Source of the DNA: an uncultured Selenomonadaceae bacterium | GTDB lineage: Bacteria; Bacillota; Negativicutes; Selenomonadales; Selenomonadaceae | DNA length: 64,000 nt | Assembly: GCA_905234395.1 (NCBI GenBank) | Contig: CAJOHG010000013.1 | Location: 5,253 to 69,252 of the forward strand | Direction of reading: 5' to 3' | Shown here: positions 43,420 to 52,040 of the stretch, piece by piece | Position numbering within the stretch: position 1 is the stretch's first letter | How the letters are laid out: each line of letters opens with the position of its first letter | Notes under the pieces: generated by a model | Database searches by the model: none | What the model saw: only the letters and a program-made list of their open reading frames with translations | What the model was told of the DNA's origin: nothing | Made by a program: the position numbers and the translations under genes

Positions 43420-44589
43420 ATTTGCTCGCGTGTTGTTCGTAGAGTTTGAGCAACTTTACGGCTAAAGTCGGCTCGTCGTCCAAAAATTTTTCCCAACCGT
43501 AAGCTTTTGCCACTGCCAAATCGTTTTCGCGATGAGCTTTTCTCAATTCATACGGCATGGAAACTTCATCATACAAAGCGGCAAGCGTCGACTTCGGATA
43601 ATTTTTTCGTGCATCCAAAATATTCTGCGCGAACTGCTCGACAGCAAGGCGTTGCGTTTCTGTCGGCTCAATCCACACAAAATTATTGTACACCACGTCT
43701 TTTGAGTAGAGATAATCACTTTTCAAACGACCGCCGACCGTTCTAAGCCACGCCATGTGTATTGAACTCGTCAAAATTTTAAAATGATACAATGTAAAGT
43801 TGGGAATTTCAATCTTTCCGCTGAAAAGTCCGCCGTTGACGTATGGAAATTTTTTCAACGTGTCGTCAAGATACGGGTCGCGCTCATCAATCGGAGTGTT
43901 CAGCACGTCAAACAGATGAATCAAATCCCAACGAATATTTCTTGTGCTTGCCGAAAAAGATGCCCGAAGACTCGGCGTAAAGACAAAAGACCAATCGGAC
44001 GCAGAGCTTGTTGAGACTGGCTTGACTTTCCGCAGAATTCGGATTGACGTATTGGGCGAGCAAGGCGTTGTAAAGTTTGCCGACGATTTCGCCTGCTTTA
44101 AGCGAAAGTTCAACTTCAATGCGGAGCTTGTTGCGTTCCTTGTCAATCAGAAAATCCAGCGCGTGAAATTTTTCCGGGCAACTCTTCGAGCAAAATTTTC
44201 GTCGGTGCCGCGAGCGTTTCCATATCGTAAATCAGAAACTCTTTGAAATTGCACGTGACGATTTTTTTCGGGTGCATGGAGACCGGCAAGCCGATAACAT
44301 ATCGTCGCGCCTGTTCATAAGGTGTGAGCTTCGAGCCGTCGGACTGCGTGATTTCCTTTTCCAAATCGACACCGCAAGCTTTCTGCTCAATCAAAACGTT
44401 TGTGTCGGGAAAATAGCCGTCGATAAAACTTTTGTGCGCGAGCTGAACGGGCACTTCAAAGTTTATAAAATTTTCGGGCTTGTCGATGTCGAACACGTCG
44501 CGAATCAACGTGAGCCAAAATTTTTGATAGTTTGCGCGTTCGCCGCTGACGTGTGCCCATTGCTTGACAAAATTTTTTATGTCGCTCAT
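43418..44589 (-). pseudogene. Degenerate second copy of the MmeI-family gene (nuclease domain plus extreme C-terminus; methyltransferase and TRD deleted)
   Basis: The N-terminal ~150 codons are near-identical to copy 1 but carry a 1-nt insertion (TTTTTCCGGGC vs TTTTTCGGGC) and a 19-nt deletion relative to copy 1. IEIPNFT is joined directly to LYHFKILTSSIHMAWLRTVGG at about 43792/43793. Confidence 0.85.
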
Positions 44590-44598
44590 TTCACTGCC

Positions 44599-45759
44599 TC
44601 ACGTCTCGAACAAATCAACTTTTTTCTGCGCGGCACGTTTAATGTCGAAGAGCTTCACGAGTTCGGCAACGGCTTGCGTCGGCGAAATGACACCGTTCAA
44701 AACGGCTTCTTTGATTTCGGGCATACGACCTGTAACCATCGCGTCGCCGAAAAATAAATTGTGCAAATGCTCATCAATCATCGCGTGCATCCAATCGAGC
44801 AGTTGCGAATCTCTGCGCCGTTGAAATACGCCGCTTTCAGTCGTCGTCTTCTTGAAAATTTGAATGACCTGCCACAATTCGGGCAAGCCAAGCTTCGTGA
44901 CGGCACTGGCAAGGTAAGCGTGAGTATTCCAACCTTCAGTCGCGGGACGTATAAATTCCGTCATGCGCTCATATTCGCCGCGAGTGACTTTCGCGCGAAC
45001 AAGGTTATCACCGTCAGCTTTATTGACGACAATCGCATCGGCAAGCTCCATGATTCCTTTCTTAATGCCCTGCAATTCGTCACCTGCGCCGGTCAAGACG
45101 ACGAGCATAAAAAAATCCACCATCGAACGAACGGTAGTTTCAGATTGTCCGACGCCGACAGTCTCAATCAAAATCACGTCGTAACCTGCCGCTTCGCACA
45201 TCAACATCGTTTCGCGACTTTTACGGGCAACACCGCCCAAAGTTCCGCCTGCGGGACTTGGTCTGATAAAAGCTTCGGGACGACGGCTTAAAGTTCCCAT
45301 GCGAGTTTTGTCGCCGAGAATTGAGCCTTTCGTTATGGAGCTTGTAGGATCGATTGACAGCACCGCGACTTTGTGACCTTCATCGCAGAGCATGTTGCCG
45401 AACGCTTCGATTATCGTTGATTTGCCCGCACCGGGAACGCCCGTTATTCCGATTCGCAAAGCATTGCCTGTTCGCGGCAGGAGTCGTTGCAAAACTCTTT
45501 GCGCCTTCGCGAAATGTTTTGGGCTGTTGCTTTCAATCAGAGTTATTGCCCGCGAGAGAATCATTCTGTCGGAGCGTGTCACACCGTCAACGAGTTCATC
45601 TTCCGTCAATGTCATGCGACGTTTCGGCTTGAACGCGCCCGACGTAAACGCAGGATTGATGTTGCCGACCGTGGTATCTTTTATGCCTTCAATGCCGCTC
45701 ATCACCGCCGATTGATTTGAGACCGCCCAATCGGGTGTCGTCGTCGTATAATTTGCCAT
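44599..45759 (-). CDS. meaB: Methylmalonyl-CoA mutase-associated GTPase MeaB/ArgK
   Basis: Contains GITGVPGAGKST, VLSIDPTS, ETVGVGQSE and NKAD. The start MANYTT follows AGAGGAG; the track start is 45783. Confidence 0.88.
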   Translation of the reverse strand: MANYTTTTPDWAVSNQSAVMSGIEGIKDTTVGNINPAFTSGAFKPKRRMTLTEDELVDGVTRSDRMILSRAITLIESNSPKHFAKAQRVLQRLLPRTGNALRIGITGVPGAGKSTIIEAFGNMLCDEGHKVAVLSIDPTSSITKGSILGDKTRMGTLSRRPEAFIRPSPAGGTLGGVARKSRETMLMCEAAGYDVILIETVGVGQSETTVRSMVDFFMLVVLTGAGDELQGIKKGIMELADAIVVNKADGDNLVRAKVTRGEYERMTEFIRPATEGWNTHAYLASAVTKLGLPELWQVIQIFKKTTTESGVFQRRRDSQLLDWMHAMIDEHLHNLFFGDAMVTGRMPEIKEAVLNGVISPTQAVAELVKLFDIKRAAQKKVDLFET

Positions 45760-45850
45760 GCGCTCAACTCCTCTGCTTATCATTTTGCCGATAAGTATAA
45801 GTTACGACGCGGTTAATTGCAACTTGAAAGGTTTATGGAAAAATTTTTGC

Positions 45851-45879
45851 TTGAAAAAAATTTTCGACTGTGTTATATT
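45851..45879 (+). promoter_or_regulatory. Promoter of the porin transcript
   Basis: TTGAAA-N17-TATATT, with TGT immediately upstream of the -10. Confidence 0.6.
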
Positions 45880-45883
45880 CTGC

Positions 45884-46121
45884 GCGGTTTGAAGTTGCGG
45901 CAACAGGAGCCGGACATTTTGAGGAAACACGGCCACTCAAGTTTGAAAGTCTCCTAAGCCGAAATCAAAAGCCACAAAAGCATTCATCAATTAATTTTAT
46001 CGGCGGTTTGAAGTTGCGGCGACAGGAGCCCGACATTTTGAGGAAACACGGCCACTCAAGCTTGAAAGTCTCCTGCACCAATGCCAAAAACCACCAAGGC
46101 ATTTATCGGTTAATTTATCGG
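45884..46121 (+). repeat. Two tandem 119-bp copies forming the 5' leader of the SLH-porin gene
   Basis: CGGTTTGAAGTTGCGGC[A/G]ACAGGAGCC[G/C]GACATTTTGAGGAAACACGGCCACTCAAG[T/C]TTGAAAGTCTCCT... begins at 45884 and again at 46003. The second copy ends in the real RBS GGAGG. Confidence 0.85.
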
Positions 46122-46132
46122 AGGTTTTCAAA

Positions 46133-47482
46133 ATGAAAAAGTCAGTAGTAGCAGCTCTTGCGGCGGCAGTTGTCGTCGGAGCAAGTTCAACCACATTCGC
46201 AGCGACAAATCCTTTCAGCGAAGTCCCGGCAGGGCACTGGGCTTATCAAGCAGTCACGTCTCTTTCACAGAGCGGTATCGTTGAAGGTTACGGCGACGGC
46301 ACCTATCGCGGCGAACGTCAAATCACCCGCTATGAAATGGCGCAGATGATCGCCAAAGCTCTTGCCAGAACCGATGAAATGTTCGACAGAGAAGCAAGAC
46401 AGTATGAGAATCGCGGCACCGGCGGCTCCAAAGTTGCAAAAAACTATCACGCAACCAAAGCCGATTTGGCAGAACTTCAACGTCTCGTGGAAGAATTCCG
46501 TCCCGAACTTGAAAGACTCGGCGTTCTCGAAGAGAGAGTCGACGAGATGTGGAAGTATCACGACAAAGTCACGTGGACAGGCGAACTTCGTTACCGCTAT
46601 TACAACGACAAAGAAGATCGCAAAGGCACCAGCGACAAGAAGAGAACCAATAACCAACTTCAACTCCGTCTCTTCCCCACGGCTGAAGTCAATAAGCACT
46701 TGAAAATTAAAGCCCGTTTGACGGCAAGCAACAACATGAAAACCAACACGTCGGGCGACTTCAAACTTACTTATGCTTTCGCTGAAGGCAAATTCGGCAA
46801 ACTGCAAGTCAACGTCGGTAAAATGCCGTTCTACACCAACGTCGACGACGGTCTCGTAATGGATGACTTCTTCAGCGGCGTGGCGGCGGTTTACGGCGAC
46901 AAATTCAAAGTTGCGTTGATGGCAGGTCGTTGGGATTTGGACAGTGCAAACCTCAATCTGCCCGCAGATGCAACTCTTAGCGATAATGCCGCAAGCTATC
47001 AAGGTGCCGAAATTTCTTACGACAACGACAAACTTTATCTCGGCGCAGGTTATCATCATTTCCGCAGCGACGACTTCCGCAACCTGCCCGGCTACAAGAA
47101 TAATAAGAATGCCAATGTCTGGACTGTCGGCGCACGTTACAACTTCAGCGATTTCGGTATCGGCGGTGCATATGCTCAAAACACCAAAGCTGATGATTTC
47201 AAGCGTTCGTGGTGGGCAGGTCTCTCCTACAAAGGCGCAAATCGCAAAGAAGCCGGCACGTGGGGCATCAGTGCCGCTTATCGCTACGTCGGTCAAAACG
47301 TCAGCTTGGCTCCCACTTATGACACCTTCTCTTTGAGAACCAATAAAAAAGGTGTCGACATTGGTGTTGACTGGTCGCCGTGGACGAACACCTACGCGCA
47401 ACTCGGTTATTTCTGGGGCAAGACGCTCGACACTCATCAAGACGACAGGACTTTCTTCGGACGTTTCAGCTGGTTCTTCTAA
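46133..47482 (+). CDS. SLH-domain outer-membrane porin (Mep45/OmpM-like)
   Basis: 449 aa. Has a signal peptide ...TTFA/A and an SLH motif FSEVPAGHWAYQAVTSLSQSGIVEGYGDGTYRG...TRYEMAQMIAKAL. A coiled-coil and a beta-barrel follow, ending ...FFGRFSWFF. Confidence 0.88.
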   Translation: MKKSVVAALAAAVVVGASSTTFAATNPFSEVPAGHWAYQAVTSLSQSGIVEGYGDGTYRGERQITRYEMAQMIAKALARTDEMFDREARQYENRGTGGSKVAKNYHATKADLAELQRLVEEFRPELERLGVLEERVDEMWKYHDKVTWTGELRYRYYNDKEDRKGTSDKKRTNNQLQLRLFPTAEVNKHLKIKARLTASNNMKTNTSGDFKLTYAFAEGKFGKLQVNVGKMPFYTNVDDGLVMDDFFSGVAAVYGDKFKVALMAGRWDLDSANLNLPADATLSDNAASYQGAEISYDNDKLYLGAGYHHFRSDDFRNLPGYKNNKNANVWTVGARYNFSDFGIGGAYAQNTKADDFKRSWWAGLSYKGANRKEAGTWGISAAYRYVGQNVSLAPTYDTFSLRTNKKGVDIGVDWSPWTNTYAQLGYFWGKTLDTHQDDRTFFGRFSWFF

Positions 47483-47517
47483 GAAATTCTCATCGGTCAC
47501 ACGACAGATATAAAAGG

Positions 47518-47547
47518 CTCCTCTGCTTATCGGCAGGGGAGTTTTTC
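47518..47547 (+). terminator. Porin gene terminator
   Basis: CTCCTCTGC-ttatcg-GCAGGGGAG followed by TTTTT. Confidence 0.75.
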
Positions 47548-47734
47548 GTTGCGCATGGTATCTTCGCCGACTTTGCTTGCAAAATTTAACTTTTATGTTA
47601 AACTGTATTCGGCAACAGCCACGATAAAAAATAACACGGAAATGTGGGTGTATGTGCAAGAAGTGACAAATAAAACTACTGAAAACACAAAAAGCCCTCC
47701 TTGTGGAGGGTAAATTTTTAGGGAGGGCAGTTTT

Positions 47735-48502
47735 ATGGTTCATATAGTCGGAGCGGGACCGGGCGATCCCGAACTCATCACAATCAAAGGGCAAAGACTT
47801 TTGAGCGAGGCGGACGTCGTAATTTTCGCCGGCTCACTCGTCAACGAAGAGATTCTGAAATTCTGCAAGCCCGAAGCAGAAATTTACAACTCCGCGCAAA
47901 TGATGTTCAACGAAATTATTCACCTCATCACTTTGGCGGAAAAGGCGGGTAAAACGACCGTGCGACTGCATACGGGCGACCCGTCACTTTACGGCGCAAT
48001 TCAAGAGCAAATGGACGCAATGACCGAACGCGGCATCGAATTCGACGTGACACCGGGCGTAAGTTCATTCTTGGCGGCGGCGGCGGCTCTCAAGCAGGAA
48101 TACACATTGCCGGGCATTTCGCAGACGGTCATCATCACGCGGCGCGGCGGACGTACACCTGTTCCCGACAGCGAATCGCTCAAAAAATTGGCGCAACATC
48201 AAACGACGCTTTGTATATTCCTGTCCGTGAATTTGTTGGCGGAAGTCAAGCAAGACTTACTTTCAGCGGGATTCAAATCGTCAACGCCGGTCGCAGTGGT
48301 TTATAAAGCGTCGTGGCCCGGTGAAGAGAAAATCATTCGCGGACGGCTCGATACAATCGTTAATCAAGTCAAGGAAGCGAATATCGAACGCACGGCAATG
48401 ATCGTCGTCGGGCACTGCTTGAATTCAAAGAAAGAGCCCTATCAAATGTCAAACCTTTATTCATCAAAATTCAGTCATATTTTCAGGCAGGCGAGATTTT
48501 AA
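47735..48502 (+). CDS. cbiF: Precorrin-4 / cobalt-precorrin-4 C11-methyltransferase
   Basis: 255 aa. Contains VHIVGAGPGDPELITIKG and LHTGDPSLYGA. Confidence 0.9.
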   Translation: MVHIVGAGPGDPELITIKGQRLLSEADVVIFAGSLVNEEILKFCKPEAEIYNSAQMMFNEIIHLITLAEKAGKTTVRLHTGDPSLYGAIQEQMDAMTERGIEFDVTPGVSSFLAAAAALKQEYTLPGISQTVIITRRGGRTPVPDSESLKKLAQHQTTLCIFLSVNLLAEVKQDLLSAGFKSSTPVAVVYKASWPGEEKIIRGRLDTIVNQVKEANIERTAMIVVGHCLNSKKEPYQMSNLYSSKFSHIFRQARF

Positions 48503-48503
48503 A

Positions 48504-49394
48504 TTGAGAACAGCAATTATTTCATTGACGGCGAACGGAGCACGCATCGCCACAAAAATTTCCGAGAAAGTCGGCGGGCAAATGTTCGCCAAAGGAAAAG
48601 AATTCACTAACCTTGCCGAAATTGTCGCCGAGATTTTTGGCAAGTTTGACGGACTGATTTTTGTTTGCGCGGCGGGAATTGTCGTGCGAATGATCGCGCC
48701 GCATATCGTCAGCAAATTGAGTGACCCGGCAGTTTTGGTCGTCGACGAACGCGGGCAAAACGTCATCAGCCTTTTGAGCGGACACATCGGACGCGCGAAC
48801 GAGCTCACCGTTGAAATTGCCAAAGCGTTGGAAGCAAATCCGGTCATCACGACGGCGACGGATGTTTTGGGAAAATTTTCAATCGACGGCATCGCGTCAA
48901 GGCTCGGACTCGTTCCCGAACCTAAAGAGGCGATTAAAGCGATTAACTCTGCGATTCTGCGCGGCGAAGATGTTTTCGTGACGGCGGGCGACGTGCGCTT
49001 GAATTTGATTCCGCAAAACCTAATCGCGGGCATCGGTTGTCGGCGCGGAACATCATCGCTGAAAATTTTCGAGGCACTGCAACGGGCTTGCGCAATGATT
49101 CATCAGCCGATAGAACGCGTGAAACTTTTGGCAAGCGTCGACGCAAAGAGCGAAGAGCACGGACTTATCGCGTTGGCGGAAGTGATGGGACTTGAGCTGA
49201 AATTTTTCTCCGTTGCCGAACTGAAAAAGAAAATCGACGAGTACAAACTTGCCGAATCAAAATTTGTCATGCGTTCAATCGGTGTCAGCAACGTCTGCGA
49301 AGCGGCGGCATTATGTTGCGTGGACAATGCACGATTCGCCCTGCCAAAGACTTCCTTCCAAGGCGTGACGGTCGCATTGCTCTGGGAACGGTAA
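48504..49394 (+). CDS. cbiG: Cobalt-precorrin-5A hydrolase
   Basis: 296 aa. Has the CbiG N-terminal and middle regions, and a C-terminal GIGCRRGT...SVDAKSEE. Confidence 0.85.
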   Translation: MRTAIISLTANGARIATKISEKVGGQMFAKGKEFTNLAEIVAEIFGKFDGLIFVCAAGIVVRMIAPHIVSKLSDPAVLVVDERGQNVISLLSGHIGRANELTVEIAKALEANPVITTATDVLGKFSIDGIASRLGLVPEPKEAIKAINSAILRGEDVFVTAGDVRLNLIPQNLIAGIGCRRGTSSLKIFEALQRACAMIHQPIERVKLLASVDAKSEEHGLIALAEVMGLELKFFSVAELKKKIDEYKLAESKFVMRSIGVSNVCEAAALCCVDNARFALPKTSFQGVTVALLWER

Positions 49395-49403
49395 ATTCAA
49401 TTA

Positions 49404-49430
49404 GGAATGAGGAATGAGCAATTAGGAATG
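49404..49430. repeat. Heptamer repeat (GGAATGA)(GGAATGA)(gcaatta)(GGAATGA)
   Basis: Same family as 18744-18771. It overlaps the first codons of the track ORF 49407..50105. Confidence 0.75.
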
Positions 49431-50105
49431 AACAATCTTGCTCCCAAACTTGAACGCGAAATTATTTTTCAGGCGCGACGTTGCGGCGTGAAGAAATTGA
49501 TTTTATTCGGCTCACGGGCACGCGGAACGAATCACGAACGCAGCGACATTGACCTTGCGGCGTCGGGCGGAGACATTGCGGAATTCGCGGAAGCTCTTGA
49601 AGAACTCGACACCTTGCTTAGATTTGACGTGATTAATCTTGACGCAAAACTTGACGCAGATTTTCAAGCGGAGATTGACCGCGACGGAATTATTTTATAT
49701 TTGGAGGTGCCCGCCGCCGTGAAAAAGTTTGACGCCTTTGCAAAATGTTTGAAAGTTTTACTCGACGCCGACAGAACTCGAACGGACGAAATTTATCATA
49801 TGGGAATCATCAGACAGTTTCATTTGACGTTTGAACTTGCGTGGAAGGCGTTGCGGGAAGTTCTTTTGATTCACGGCGTCAACGAGGCTAAGACCGGCTC
49901 ACCGCGCGAAATTCTCAAGGCGGGCTACAAATTTTATTTCATTTCCGACGAAGAGCTTTGGCTCGAAATGCTCAAGCGACGCAACGAGGCAATTCACATT
50001 TACGACGCGAACATTGCGGCGGAGCTCGTCAACTTGATTTTCGATAAATATATGGCGGCATTCATCAAACTGCGCGACGAATTGAACAGACGGCTTAACG
50101 TTTGA
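49428..50105 (+). CDS. Second fused MNT-HEPN protein
   Basis: Contains LFGSRARG...SDIDLA (the NTase), then FHLTFELAWKAL...KRRNEAIHIYD (HEPN Rx4H). The start is taken at MNNLAPK; the track start 49407 lies in the heptamer repeat. Confidence 0.8.
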   Translation: MNNLAPKLEREIIFQARRCGVKKLILFGSRARGTNHERSDIDLAASGGDIAEFAEALEELDTLLRFDVINLDAKLDADFQAEIDRDGIILYLEVPAAVKKFDAFAKCLKVLLDADRTRTDEIYHMGIIRQFHLTFELAWKALREVLLIHGVNEAKTGSPREILKAGYKFYFISDEELWLEMLKRRNEAIHIYDANIAAELVNLIFDKYMAAFIKLRDELNRRLNV

Positions 50106-50988
50106 TAATCGACGGCGCGACGATAGCCAACATAACCAAAATTATTCCGATTGATTCAACGGCTCCGAATGCTGTCCCGAAAATTAGCCAACTGATTATC
50201 ACGGACGCGGCAGGTTCAGTCGTGGCGGTTATCGACGCTTCTTCCGGCGTCAAAAATTTCAAGCCCGCGTTGAAACATTGAAAGGCGGCGACTGTCCCGA
50301 AAAGAATTATCCAGCTCACGTCGAAGAGCACGTCCGAATTCAGAAACGGCAACCAATTTGAATCGTCAATCACCGCGAACGTCGACAGCCCGCCGATAAA
50401 CATTCCTGTGCCCGTCAAAAAGTACGGGTCTATTTTTTTTGCGAACAAATGTTTCGGGAAAATCGCGCTGAATGCAAATGCCGCACCGCTTAGCAAACTC
50501 CAGACGACGCAACCGATTGGCACGAGCAATTTTGTCGGGTTGCCGCCGGTCACCAATAAAAAGACGCCGCTCATTGCCAAAATCACCGCGATAACTTCGC
50601 CGCGCTTGGGAAGTCGTCGGTTATAAAAACTTTCCCAAATCACGACCATTGCCGGGCAAGCGTAGCAGATGACGGTTGTTGCCGCCGCGCCGCCGATTGA
50701 GATTGCTTGAAAATACGTGAACTGCATGAACACGACGCCGATAACGCCGTAGATTATCAAGTCGAGCCAAAGTCGCGGTTGATTGTTCAGCAATCGGAAT
50801 GACAGCCGAAAATTTTTCCGCCGCAACGAAATCAGAATCAGTATTGCGCCCGCCGTGCACATGCGGATATTTGTCAGCTCCATTGCCGATTTTGTCGAGT
50901 GCGCAAAAAAATCTTGTACTGCGACGCCCGAACTTGCCCAAAAAATTCCCGCGAGTCCGACGACGATTAATGCCAACGTTTTGCTCAA
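50095..50988 (-). CDS. EamA/DMT-family transporter
   Basis: 297 aa with about 10 TM segments and two EamA repeats. The start is TTG after AGGTG. Confidence 0.8.
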   Translation of the reverse strand: MSKTLALIVVGLAGIFWASSGVAVQDFFAHSTKSAMELTNIRMCTAGAILILISLRRKNFRLSFRLLNNQPRLWLDLIIYGVIGVVFMQFTYFQAISIGGAAATTVICYACPAMVVIWESFYNRRLPKRGEVIAVILAMSGVFLLVTGGNPTKLLVPIGCVVWSLLSGAAFAFSAIFPKHLFAKKIDPYFLTGTGMFIGGLSTFAVIDDSNWLPFLNSDVLFDVSWIILFGTVAAFQCFNAGLKFLTPEEASITATTEPAASVIISWLIFGTAFGAVESIGIILVMLAIVAPSIIKR

Positions 50989-51004
50989 AATTTACACCTG
51001 CTTT

Positions 51005-51060
51005 GGAGCTTTAAGCTTTAAGGAAAAATCGTCAATCCTTACAGCTCAAAGCTTAAAGCT
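51005..51060. repeat. Imperfect hairpin built from AAGCT-containing 9-10-mers
   Basis: GGAGCTTTAAGCTTTAAGG - 13-nt loop - CCTTACAGCTCAAAGCTTAAAGCT. Related to 53951-54032. Confidence 0.75.
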
Positions 51061-51865
51061 ACTTTATGAATCGCGGCTTTAAAATCAGCGTCACGAAATA
51101 AATTGTCGCCGCACAAACTACAATCGTTGCGCCCGCCGCCGAATTCAATTCATAAGCCGCAAGCAAGCCGACCAGTCCCGAAATCAGCGCGATTAAAACG
51201 CTCAAAACGTGATAACTTTTCACGGAATTTGTGACGTTACGAGCCGCAGCCGCCGGTAAAACCAACAGCGCATTGATTATCAGGATGCCGACCCATTGAA
51301 TGCTTAACGCAACGACGATTGCCAACAGCACCGCGAAGATTGATTCGACTGCTTGAGTTTTTATTCCGCGAGAGCGTGCCAGAGTTTGATTCACCGACAA
51401 AATCAGCAGACGGTTGAATAAAATTGCCCAACTTGTCACGACGATTAAAAACACTGCCGCCAACGAGAACAAATCGTCGCGAGTGATGCTTAAAAGGTCT
51501 CCGATTAGGAAGCGCGAAAATTTGTTGAACTGCCCGCCTGCCGACATCAACATTAAGCCGAGAGCAATCGCCGTCGAACTGAACACGCCGATAACCGTAT
51601 CCGCGCCCGCGTGCGATTTATTTTTTATCAACGTTATCAGCAACGCGAAGATTATCGAAAATCCCAGCAGCCCGAAAATTTCAGAGCCGACGCCGAGCAA
51701 TGCGCCGAGTGCTATTCCCGTGAATGCTCCGTGACCGAGCGAGTCCGAGAAAAATGCCATGCGATTTGACACGACCATTGTCGACAGCAGACCGAAAAGC
51801 GGCGTCACCATTAGCACGGCGATTAAAGCGTTGCGCATGAATTCATATTCAAACAAAGTCATCAA
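51059..51865 (-). CDS. ABC-3 (ZnuB/MntB-type) metal transporter permease
   Basis: 268 aa. Contains FEYEFMRNALIAVLMV and FFSDSLGHGAFTGIALG. No cognate ATPase or binding protein is adjacent. Confidence 0.8.
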   Translation of the reverse strand: MMTLFEYEFMRNALIAVLMVTPLFGLLSTMVVSNRMAFFSDSLGHGAFTGIALGALLGVGSEIFGLLGFSIIFALLITLIKNKSHAGADTVIGVFSSTAIALGLMLMSAGGQFNKFSRFLIGDLLSITRDDLFSLAAVFLIVVTSWAILFNRLLILSVNQTLARSRGIKTQAVESIFAVLLAIVVALSIQWVGILIINALLVLPAAAARNVTNSVKSYHVLSVLIALISGLVGLLAAYELNSAAGATIVVCAATIYFVTLILKPRFIK

Positions 51866-52040
51866 CCCGATTAAAAATTTTTAACGCGCAGATTTTAGCA
51901 ACCAACGGCGAAGTTGTAAAGAATCGGCGGCTTGAGCGGCTACGGTATCTTCAAGGTAAGTAAGTGCCCGAAAAGTGCGTACTTGTTTTTTTGCGCCGTT
52001 CCGATACAATGACAGAAAAATTTTACGGAGTGTGATTCAC

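Noticed and set aside
36504-44598. Whether there is a mobile element (IS, integron or prophage fragment) bounding the accessory segment.
   Set aside because: No transposase, integrase, terminal inverted repeats or attC-like sites were seen. The only long repeats are the two R-M gene copies themselves.
47560-47734. An expected cobalamin riboswitch upstream of cbiF.
   Set aside because: No B12 box or GCCACUG-containing core was recognisable; only GCCACG appears by chance. The region is too short and A-rich. It is reported instead as a simple leader hairpin.
46265-47794. A 509-aa minus-strand ORF, the longest in this part of the window.
   Set aside because: It is entirely antisense to the well-supported SLH-porin gene. 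It extends across a terminator and promoter region, and its translation is low-complexity (Val/Phe/Ile/Ala runs) with no recognisable motif.
49407-49427. The track start MRNEQLG for the second MNT-HEPN protein.
   Set aside because: These codons are the GGAATGA heptamer repeat itself. The alignment with the paralogue at 707..1423 begins after MNNLAPK, so ATG 49428 is preferred.
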